Source: Kudoa neothunni
Taxonomy: Eukaryota; Animalia; Cnidaria
Direction of reading: 5' to 3'
Assembly (NCBI GenBank): GCA_964304625.1
Contig: OZ199839.1
Span: 5,102,837-5,166,836 of the forward strand
Length of the DNA: 64,000 nucleotides
Position numbers and translations under genes: made by a program. Below are positions 12,953 through 24,800 of this stretch, one piece after another (the stretch's first letter is position 1; the number at the start of each line of letters is the position of its first letter). The notes beneath the pieces were generated by a model. It saw only the letters and a program-made list of their open reading frames with translations. It did not search any database and had not been told where the DNA came from.

Positions 12953-13784
12953 AGTCACTGTTTATATATTAATTTGTTTGTTGGCAATAGCTTTCTTTAA
13001 ATAGATGTTTTGTTTTAAAGTTTTAGTTTAGCACATTGATACATATCCATTCAAATTGATTTTTCTAATTTTCTTGCGACATTTGTAGCCCTATTGTTAT
13101 ATATTTGAAATGTGTCCGGCTGCGTTATAAGAAAATTCGATCTTGAAACTTTATCAACTTAAGAGAGTAATATAAATTGAGAAAATTAAAAATTATAAGT
13201 TGTATAATTAAGTCATTTAATGTGGTATTAAGATTTAGAAAATGATAATTAAATTAAAAACGAACTCTAATTGGGATTTTGATTAAAAACAATAGATTCC
13301 AGGATGACTTTTTCTATCGTAAAATTAGTTTCACCCCCTAAATTATATCATTAAAATCTCGTCGCTTTTCCACCTTTGATGTGAATTTAATATTAAAATT
13401 TAAAAGCCAGCAAAACCCTCGTTACAAAAATAACTTGGAAATTAAGAAAATATGACATATGCCATAAGAAAATGTTTAAAAATCATTTTGAACAACTTTT
13501 TTATTTTTAGAAAACATTGAACATAAATTATTGAAAGAGTGGGTTCAGTAGAACTTATTGCTCATGCAATTTATCCATATTTTATTTAATAATGTAGTAG
13601 TGCTTATTTTTAGATTTATTTATTTAATTTAAAAAGAAACGGGTACTTATAAATAGTTTTGTATACCTATCCATTTATATTTTAATTTGTTTCCAAAACA
13701 TCAGTAAAAAGTTGAAAAATAACTTCAAACTAATTTTATCATCAGAGATGACGAAATGAAAGAGCGTCTTTAAAATTTACCAGG

Positions 13785-13957
13785 TGTTAAGACAAGACAC
13801 CATTGTTATTAATATCACTATATGTACATCTATAAAGCTGTTTATATATGGAATTTAGGATCCAGAATGTTCTAGAAACATCTAGGCCGATGATAGGTTG
13901 TTATAGAAGCTTTCAGTGTATTCTATGTTAAACTAGAACCATCTGGAAGCCCTAACA
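13785..13957 (-). mobile_element. Solo LTR (173 bp) of an LTR retrotransposon (Copia or BEL/Pao type by 5-bp TSD)
   Basis: TGTTA...TAACA termini flanked by CCAGG direct repeats (13780-84, 13958-62); TATATAAA on the minus strand. Confidence 0.75.
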
Positions 13958-14113
13958 CCAGGTTTCTTAATACTAACCTTTAGTGGATTTCCCATCCTCA
14001 GGTGTCCAGCTAACCACAGATTAAAAGTCCATCATTAAAATAAAACTCGATTTTTATTATAATAGATAATTTTAATATTTAAGCTTTTTAAATAAAGATA
14101 CCTTACATATTAA

Positions 14114-14327
14114 GCCTACAAGTAAAAATAACGTTCATTTGGGCCCAAACGAAATTGTGGCACATATTTCTCAAAAGTGGACGAGTCAACAGAGCTCAAG
14201 CTTTTGCTATTTATCTACAATATATTATTTTGTTCGAAATATTATTTTATATATTTATTAACTATATTAATATTTTCTTACAATTAGAACACTCAAATAA
14301 AATGTAAAATGAGATCCAAATAAACCT
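14114..14327 (+). mobile_element. Terminal fragment of piggyBac-like MITE family A
   Basis: Follows TTAA; agtaaaa..catttgggcccaaacgaaattgtggcacatatttctcaaaag matches 41972-42190 and the reverse complement of about 23450-23675. Confidence 0.65.
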
Positions 14328-14613
14328 CATCATAAGCGGAGGGTGTTCGATTGGGGTATACTCAGATGATAAATTAAAATTATTATGTATTTGAATACTT
14401 TGTAATGTTATATTAATTTGAATATGATACATATTAAAGTTATCTATATTTTGTACTATAACAAATACCTTTTAATCAGAATGCGTATTGATTTGTATTT
14501 AAAAATCAAGAATCAAAAGCAAATTGATCCCTCATTTTAATTATATTTTGCAAATTAATAAGAGAGTAGATTGTGAATTTTAGGATCGATAGAAATAACA
14601 GATAAATTAGATA

Positions 14614-16179
14614 CAGTAAGGTCTCGATATTGCGTGTTTTTTCGGGAATAGGAATTTTCCACGCAATACCGAGACCGGAGCATGCGAAAACAACGAAAAA
14701 TATTAATTTTTAGCAAAAAAGTCATCTATTTTTTTAAACTTATCTCTATTTTTAATAATTTTATATACTTCATCCATTATGGGATGGGTATAGATTAAAG
14801 CAGCAGGATTCTCTCGAATAAAAGCTTTTCTGATAATATTTATCGTATTTTTTAATTCAGCAGAGCTAACTATTTCATTATTTTCATCAAAATCTGGATC
14901 TTCATCGCATTTTGAAACAATCAAAATATCCTTATCGATTTGATATGATGCGTCCTCATGTACGGTTTCAGCTTCCTCCAATTCACTTACATCGTCAAAG
15001 TCGTCTAGGAATTTATTTGAAACAAACATACCTAAAATGCATATTTACCAACAATTATTGTTTCAGATGCGGAGTCGACATCTGCGTTAGTATCCTCTTG
15101 ATTTTATATTAATATTAATTTATTAGTTAATACTACGAATTCTAAATACCTGAGATTTCTTGAAACAGTTTTCAATAGTTTTTCTCTTTACCATGTCCCA
15201 TGCTTCATTCAACGTATGAAAACAATCCATAATCGTGTATTTGAAGGGTGTTGAAATATCCACGTCAGACAGAAACTTTCTGGCCAACGATTTGCGTTAG
15301 TTTGCCCTCAAACTATGAATGCTGCCGAGATCCATTGGCTGGAGGACACTGGTGGTGTTTTTAGGCAGGAACACCAATTCAATGTTATTAAAGTGGTTCG
15401 TTAAATTGGGATGAGGCGGGCATTGATCAAGGAGGATAAGGACTTTTCTATTTTCTTGACTGAACTTGTTATCTAAATTTTTTAGGATTTCTAAGAATAG
15501 AGCTGCGGACGGACATCCAACCATTTTTTTGAGACTTTAGTTTAATGGGAGATTTTTGACCCCATTAAAACAACGCGGCTTCTTAAATTTTCCAATCACG
15601 TAAAGTGGAAATTTTTCGCCAGTACTTGAAGCAATAACCAATATTCTTCTTCTTTCCTCTTTGGAGAACAACCCAGTTGAATAGTAGACTTTCAAGCTCA
15701 TCATAATTCCCGTTTTTTATTCTAATACGGCTATCGGAAAAATTTGAATCGATGATTTCGCTTTCCTTAGACAACATTCTATCCAACGAAGAATAGTCTA
15801 TGTTTATTTAATAATGATTAGAAATTGATGCTTACTAGGCAGGTTAAATTTCTTTACTGTTAAAGATTTGACCCTAGGAATCGATCCTATTGATTTATAA
15901 TACAATATTATTTATCGTTTATCCTTAATGCTTCTCTGACACCTAACCATTTCAACTTCTGTAACGGTACAAAAGGCGAATTAATCAGATTATTTTCTGG
16001 AAAAAAAACCACGCAATAGCAAGACCCTCGATTTTCACTGATCTTACATTAAAAAAAATATATATAAATATGAAAACATATTCTATTAACCATATAACAA
16101 CATTTCAGCCAATTAATCGTACAGTGTGAATTAAACAAAGACTACAAATTGAAAACCACGCTATATCGAGACCTTACTG
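14614..16179 (-). mobile_element. pogo/Tigger (CENP-B/DDE_1) DNA transposon, defective
   Basis: TIRs cagtaaggtctcgatat / atatcgagaccttactg with TA TSDs; internal subterminal copies at about 14659 and 16009. Fragments YDELESLLFNW (CENP-B HTH) and RKVLILLDQCPPH..VFLPKNTTSVLQPMDLG (DDE_1), broken by frameshifts. Confidence 0.92.
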
Positions 16180-17328
16180 TATCACCAAAATATCTATCAA
16201 CTTTAATATAGTTAACTTACAAATTATTTTATATTTGTAAGGTTGACGAAATAATTAATTTATAATGTTGATATGTTGAAAAAAATCATAAAAAGGGAAA
16301 CAAATATATTTGTAAATGGAGTTTTACATAAGTCAGTTATGTTAATTACTATTCCTTTGGAGTTTTCTATTGGAATTTCTTTTTTGTTTAGAAAGATGTC
16401 ACAAAACTTAATTTTGCTGATGGAACACGACTTTTTACCAGAGAGATAAAATTTGGACATTCTTATTCTCCACATCAAAAATGTTCTAAAAAAATTCAGA
16501 ACCCGAGAAAAGCGTAAAAATAAAAAATACAGTGCTTGATAATATTATAAATTCTACTTTGTTATATTAAAATGGCACCTGATTATTTTATTTTCAACTT
16601 GTTCCATCAAAGATTCTCTTTTCTTAAGGTAAAATTATTTTTCAATTAATTCTTGATATTAATTCTGTATAAAGGAATATTTACATTAAGTAGTCCTGAT
16701 AATATTTTGACTTATGGAAAGATGGTATTAATTTTCAATTTTTTAACACGATCAAGCATTTTAAGAGTAAAGTATTATTACTTGAATGGTGCAAGCTGCA
16801 GAAGTCAGAATTCTTTGTACAGTATGCCACTTTGAATTTTTTAATTAGAGCCATTTTAAACCATGGTTAATTTTAATTGATAGATAGACTTTCCTGGATT
16901 TAAGCATCTTCAAGTTGTTGCTGGCTATATATAAAGTTTTATGGGGTCGTTATTGTATAAATCTTATTAAAACGACGATTTAATGAGATATAGAATTTTA
17001 CATAAAATTTTTAATCATAATCAAGTAAAAGCACTGATTTTTTGTAAATTGTATAAACTATCTGTAACAATCAATATAAAAATTATCCAAACCTGATCAC
17101 AATATTAAATAAGAATTCGACATAATTCTGCCACGATTTGTTAAAGTATTATTGTAACACACTTAATTATAAATAAAGAATTGAATGGCTCTAAGCATCT
17201 ATCCCAATATTTTTATAATTTCTATGACACTACGTAATTATTGATTTTTGCGACGATTTGAATACCAATTTATATATATTAATTAAAGTAATTGTTTTTA
17301 ACTTTTCTAAAATAGTTAAAATGTATAA

Positions 17329-17350
17329 ATATATATATATATATATATAT
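17329..17350. repeat. (AT)n microsatellite
   Basis: Read directly. Confidence 0.9.
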
Positions 17351-17382
17351 CTAACAAAATTCTATGTATGAATATATCAAAA

Positions 17383-18085
17383 CTAGCGCAAAAGCCCCGC
17401 TTCGCATAGGTTTCGTTGCCCAACCACGCAGACTAAAGCCTTGAGTAGGCCAAGGTCATTTGAAGTTCAAAGTAAATTCAGAGTATTTAGATCAATAGTA
17501 CAATGATTACCCAATTAACTGATGATTTATTTAACTCGTTGGGCTCATGAACATTAGTTAATATTTTTAAAAACGAATTAATACTACTGGGCGTTTGAAT
17601 TTCCTATTTAGAGCTCCTAAAATATCGATGTTCTCCTTGTTATTTGCAGTAATCTCTAAATCATACCATATGAAATAGTCTAATCTTGTTAAACATCAAC
17701 AAATGAATTTCATATTAATGCTTGGACACATAACCCAATATTACCTTCCTTATTTGAACTATTTCAATTACCAAATTAATTTCTAATAATTTTAAAGTAA
17801 CATAAACACTATGGTACATTTAAAATTAACTTTTTATAACCTTAATGAAATGACCTATATGTTTGCATAAATCCTGAAATCATACCTCTCATATCACATG
17901 AAAATGTTTTTAGTCATTTTGCAAGATGTAAACCTCTTACAATTTTTTAAATATTTTTCTGTGTTAAAATAAAGTTTTATCTTTCCATATGTGTGCTCAA
18001 ATGAAGCGATATGTCTCTCTATCAAAAATGAAAAATGCGTACGCACTGACACACACGGATTACCGGTTTGCTTTTATATAATAGA
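17383..18085 (-). mobile_element. Non-autonomous Helitron-like element
   Basis: On the minus strand: 5' TCTATTATATAAAAGC..gtgtgtgtcagtgcg, imperfect GC-rich 3' hairpin then CTAG; inserted between A and T. Confidence 0.65.
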
Positions 18086-18819
18086 TATCCGAAACGTTAC
18101 TATTATCTCAGAGAAAATGACATTAGCGTTAATATTAAAAAATAACCAAAACATCAAGAAACCTCAGAGCCAGCTTTAATTCAATTAAAAAGGTTTAGTT
18201 TAATCCACTAAGCGTAGATATATTATTTAGAAATTTTTAGCATAAGAGAATTTACAATTAAGGAAAGGTGTATTTTAGTAGAAGCAGTTTAGACTGTTAA
18301 GACTTAATCGAGTTAATATATTATTTGATAATGACTATCAAAAAAATATTAAAAACCGAAATTTCTATAAACGAATACAAAATCTCGTTCACCTTTATAT
18401 TACTTGTATAATCCTCAACAAATCAATATTTTCTCGTGGATTCCACCACATATTTAATTTATACTCTATTCCTCGAACGGATATTATTAAAAAATCTTTA
18501 TACCGACGTTTATACGAGGTTATAACGCTTTTAATTTTTAGACACTGAAACCCTAGATGAGCGATGTGGTCCACTGACTAGGGACCTTCATTTTTTTTCG
18601 CACTCACCGTCACATAAATAACTACTTCAACAACAGTACTGATTAGCTACTCATAGGTTTTCTGTTTTATGTGTATCCGCTGCAAAATGAATTTTCCCAA
18701 TAATGAAAAGGTATAGACAAATCAGCGAATAAATAATACAGTATTAAATAGTATTCGAAAGCGAATAGACCTATTGAACCTATCATGATGAATAATCAGA
18801 TTAGACGCAGCGTTGTGAA

Positions 18820-21800
18820 ATGGAAGAAATTAACTTTTCGGTTGAAGTTCCATTCTTAAAGATTTCTAAATTTATTCAAATCGATACTAATTTGAATGGA
18901 AAGGAGACCAAGAAACTTATTCTCGACAGATTTCACAGTCCAGTTCTAAACGAAAGAAGTACTGGCCGACTCACTGTTTTCACAGTTAATCATTGTTATT
19001 TACATAGAGGATGAATTTTCGCTGTTTATCAAAGATTATTTCAATGAGAACAGAGGTTATTGGATCTTGGATGATCAAGTGATGGCAAATTTTGGTCTGA
19101 AACAAGAGGTGAAAAATCAACTCATCGATCGCAATAGGCAGATTGACAGTTTACTAATGTAATACGTTTGTAGAGACCATTATTTCTGCTAGAAAAACTC
19201 ATAAATATCAATGTTTTTATGTTGGACGGAGTTAAAAAAGTTTTGAGGGTAATCAAATTATACACTACACCAGAAAAAAAGCGTTCCGACTATCGTAACT
19301 AATTATTTAGATCGATCAAACTCTGACCGTTGATGAGATAAAATTATTTGTTGCAGAAAAAATTGGGCTAAGTTCTTCGGATGAATATTCCCTATGTTAC
19401 AAAAAAAACGATGTGGCAGTAAATGCTGTAACTGATTAATCAATATCCGCGACACCATTATCAAATGGGCACAATAACAATGGATTTATATGATTTTTGT
19501 AGACAACGAAAAAAGTTTCATCCAAAACAATGAAAACCCAAAAAGATGATGGTAACCAAAAAAGTGCCAAATTAATTTTAATACAATTGCATTCAGTTGT
19601 CTGGTTGTTACACAATAAAACTCTAGCCGAACAAGAAGTGCCAACTACCACCTCATTCTATCTTTTGTAACGATAACTTTTTGATTATACCATATGTTAA
19701 ACGATGTAATTAAAGACGAAAATATTTTTACGAAGACAACTATAACATATTTAATCCAAAAGAAATCAATCTACTGTACAATCAGGTATTATCCTTCTAA
19801 TAGACCCTTATTTTTATTGACGAATAGTGCCGGGATGGATTGTTAGGAGGTTCTATTGTGTGTAGCTATAAAGATATATGCAAAGTAAGTGTTCTTTCTC
19901 ACCCAAATTGTGTAACCAGATGGATTTAGTTTGGTGCTTATCAAATTCAAATCGAAAGAGGAAAGTACAAACCAGAACTCTACAAATCAGGAACGCTTGA
20001 GTATATATGTGTGATACGGGGAAATCTGGGAAAATAATGATTTCTAAAGTATTAGCAAATATATCCCAAAAATGAAGAACAAAAATTTAAAAATGACAGA
20101 AAACATTATACACGACGTAAATAATGGAAATGAATTATTCTCGAAAGTTCTAAATTTTTCATTTATTGTAGATTCACATGGATTTAATGGAGATAAATCA
20201 AGAGGTCCCCCGGTTCAAGTTCGATTATATTACAATGTGTCAAAATTTGCCTACATATGGTATCACTTTGTTCCAAGCACATGTAAACAATGGTTTATTA
20301 ACTTTGTCAATTTTGATCTCATTTTGTAGGAACCTATTCCAGGAAAATACAACTTTAACAAAATCTACCTTGGTGTAAGTAAAAGCGAGGTGATCATACT
20401 AGATGAAAATAGTCTTGAGGTAATTTTAATGTAGTATATATAGTTGTAATCGTTTATTAAAGATAATGAAATCGTGGCCATTGATGGCAGTTCGTTCTTG
20501 GTTGGTTGGTAAGAATAGTTTCAGTCTCGATTTCGGAACCCACTCGGAAGACAAATATCTAGTGTACACTCCCGAAGGAGAGAAGATTGCACAAGCTATC
20601 TCCGGTTACATTGACTTAATTATGAAAAAAAATCAGGAAAAAGAAAAAGAGGGTATCAATAGGATTGAATCCACAGTTATCAGAGACGTTGTCCTTCCTA
20701 AAAGAGGGCTCGTTATGTATCCCGCCACCAAACACACTTTTATGTCTGGTGGATGTCACACCTCTTTACAGCTGATGGAGTTCTCCAAGAATTTATATCC
20801 TTCATTCCTTCGAGATAACCTCTTCCAAGTTATTAACGATAAATGGGCTCTTCCCGATACCACCAAAACTGTAATTTATTCGTCATCTTTATTTTTATTA
20901 AATAATTGATTAAAACCGGATACGCTATAAGCTTTATACTCTTAAACGGAAATTAACTTGTGTGGTATTTGAAATACAGTCAATGACTTGCTGTACGCAC
21001 TTTTTATCAATGATACAATTTAGCTATTTTAAAAAACAATTGAAATATACATAAATTCATTGAAAATTTTAGAACTAAATAAAATATTAAAGTTAAAAAA
21101 TTTCCATAGCATGATATAAATGGCCTCAAATTTTTTGAAATGTTCTTGACACATTTTGTTTGGAAAGTTGATTAAGTTTAATGGGAAGAAAAATTCAATC
21201 CAATGATGGAATAATAAAGCAAAATTATATAATAAAACAACTCAAAAGTGATTCCGAAAAGTTTCTAATTTTTTGCTGCAAAACAATCTAACATATTCAC
21301 TCATATCTAAATTCGTAGTATCCCCAAATCAAGCGCCTTCCGAGTAAAATAGGGTTTATTTGGGTCTCGAATTTTTGCCACTTTTTTTTGTGTATACGGG
21401 AATTTTCTATTTTAAAAATTTCGGTGGAACGATTAGACGATTTCATAATAAATTTTGCGTAAAACAAGTAAACTTTAATTATTTATTTACGTATGCGTAC
21501 ATGTGCAGAATGCGAATTTAAAGCTTCAATCTTATACTTTAATGTGATTTTAAATATCTAATATCAATATAATTGTGACAGATTTGATAATAAAAGTTAT
21601 TTTTATAATAACAAATATTTTATGCGTACAGACAATTGAATTATTTTTACATTAACCTCTAATGTATTAAAAATCGACTTCACTCCGACGAATTTTGAGA
21701 TGAAAAATTACCCCAGATTTTTATTTCTTCATTCGATCCATAAAAAATATTTGATTTCAGAAAATAAAAACAGGCATCATTCCATGGCTAGATTTAGCTG

Positions 21801-24800
21801 TAAAACAATTAACATCCGAGTAGTAATCCTCATAATCCTACGAAAATTGTATTCGTTAAAATCCGCAATGACAATTTTTGATTAAAGCTTAGTGCTTGAG
21901 TAGATTTCACGTTTATATCAAGTATTAAACATCTAAGTTGTTATTTACACAACGAAATAGAATATTTAATGAGAATAAGATTCGCAAACACTCAGAATGA
22001 ATTTTGCGGCAGTTTCGTACATCTGAAACAAACGATAGCGGGTTTCTTATCAATTTTCCGTAAAAACATTCAAACCCTGGAAATATTGTTCATTTGTTTG
22101 GTGTGCTGAGTTATAGCAGAATAGATAAGGTCGAATCTTAGGATTTTGGGCTTCGAGGATGTTTCTTTCCATTAACGGAAAGATATAGTAACTTTTCCAT
22201 ATTTTAAAAAACTTTTTCATAACCATATCATCACACATGTTTTTTTTAAATGGAACACGCATTTATAAATAATAAATCCATTAAATGGAAAAACACCACC
22301 ATGGGCCGTCATTACTGATTATGGATTGGCCCGAATTCTCAAAATTCTCAACCTCGTCAGATTCTCACGAAATATCAGTTGAAAAGTATTCGTCATTTGG
22401 ATTATTATCGATGAAATCCATCTCAATTATCGCAATGTTAAGCATAAAAAGGGAGTCACGCTATCACTAGCATAGGTAATAACCATATAACTTCGAATTT
22501 AGCCGTCAGATAAACCTAAAATTATATTTATGCGATAATTGTTATTGTACCTATCAATTTGTGTAAAAAATATTTGGGGTAATTTTTTACCTCAAAAATT
22601 CATTGGAATGTAAACTGCATAAATGTTTCTGATTTTCTATTGTTAGTCATAATATTTTAAAATAATATGTTACTAACTTTTTTGGATTATTAGAAGAAAA
22701 CTTTTATCCGATGAAGAGCAAACATATCACGTATGCAACCATTAACTTCTCGTTGGGGTAAAAATTTCCCCAAATTCATTAGAGGATTAATGAAGATTTT
22801 ATTAATTTGGTGAATCTATCAAATGGAATATATGAGCAAATATTAAAAAAAGTGCGATGATACACAATTCTCCCATCATATCAAGTATTCTTGGTTTTAT
22901 TATAAAAAAAATAATAGAGACATTCTTTATTTATGAATCAAAGGTAAGTATTACTTGTAACAGTCCTTACTATATTTTAGTTATTTAATATTAAAATTAA
23001 TATATGTATTATATTAATTTTAAAAATAATTAAATTAGTCGTATGATAAAATCAGAAGAAAAAATTAAACAATTTTGTATACTTTAAATTGTCGCATTGA
23101 ATAAAGAATCCGCCCAAAGAAAATTAATCATATTTTGTCCAGATGTTTTAATTAGTCAAACTCTACAAATTTGTGCTTTTATTGATGGGAGAGTCTTCCC
23201 ACTGAATTAATTGTGTAACATTTTTATAAACATAATCGTTAATTTTATTGAAATTGACGTCATATCCTACATCTTTGTTATTGTCATTTCATTGTATAAA
23301 AATTTAAAGTTGCCGAAAAAATAAAGATTTGTACCCTCGCGCATGCGCACATATAGAAAAATTGGTTAATTTTCGGTACTTTATAATTGCCAAATTACCT
23401 TTATATTTAAAAATTAATATATTTTATAAAACCGCTTTGAAATATTAAAAAATCAAGTGTCAATTTTAACCCCTTTTTATTTTACTATTTACTTGGGTGT
23501 TTTAATTATAAAAAATTACTGAAATCGTTAATAAATATCTTAACACATTTTTTGAATAGATTAATATATAATAATGTAATATCACGAATATGAGCTTTTT
23601 TTGATCACTAACTTTAGAGAAATATGCACCACAATTTCGTCTGAGGTTCAAATGGACCCTAGTTTACTTGAACGGTTGATGATATCTTTAAAAACCGCCC
23701 TAAAATTTGTGAAATATTAAACAAGTACAAATTACCTACCATAAGTCTTTGATTAATTTAAAGTGATTGAAAAGATTTTATGATTCGCACTAAAAAATAA
23801 TTCGATAATATTACGTGCTTGCCTAGTGTTGGTGGAGACAGATTAATGTAAAACTAAATAAAAAGTCTGACTCCGACTAAAATAACTATTTTAGTTTAAG
23901 GAAAAATAATGTTGTTCACAAAAATTTATTCAATTCGATTATTAAATAGTTATATAGATTAATAAATATATTGCCGCGCCAAAAAGTGAGTAAAACCGGT
24001 CATGACGAATATTTCATATCTTTAAAAGTACAGAATAAATTGTATAAAACGAAAATACAAAATGTGTTTACATGATATAAGAGTGTTTAGTTGAGAAATT
24101 TTGATAAATAAATTTTATTTGAGACTGAAATATAATGTATTTTTATTGCAGGCGACACCGAGTCATTTGTATAACGCCGTGAGAGTGGAAGAAATCTATA
24201 AAGAGATTCTAATGACAAAGAAACTGTTGAATCGAGTAAAATGTAGCATTGCTTCAAAGAATATCGACGATCAAAACCCAATAAACAGTTGGAATACGAA
24301 GGAATTGTGTGAAAACTCGCTAACCAGCTTAAGCGTTATCTCTACTGCAGTGGATAGATTGAATGGTTTGAGGGAAAATTACAACCTTCACAAACCTATT
24401 CATTTGACTTCACTTCGTAATGTGCAAACTGAAGTAAAATCGCTGTCAGTAAATATTAGAACGTTGGCCAGTCAAGAAGATGACGATAAACATGAAACCT
24501 ACATTTTATATGCTGAAAATGTGGTTTTTTGTTTGATGAAATACTTTGCATCGTTTGTACGTTCGGATTATATCTATGTGTTGAATAGAGATCTGATGAC
24601 CCAAGCGATACCTCCAGTAGCTCATTCGATAAAAAAGCTGAGTATGTTGTTGCGTAAAAACCAGGTCGGTGAAAACTATGAGTTTGAAACTTTCCAAAAC
24701 GAAAGTGGCGTACTCGTGGCATTGAGCAAACAGTTGGGTGATATTATGGGCCAGTTGATGGCCATTTCTAAGAAAACACTTAAAGAGAGCACTGTTGCCA

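Noticed and set aside
16885-16980. Second solo LTR (TATA box, LTR-like composition)
   Set aside because: No TG..CA termini with a TSD could be identified.
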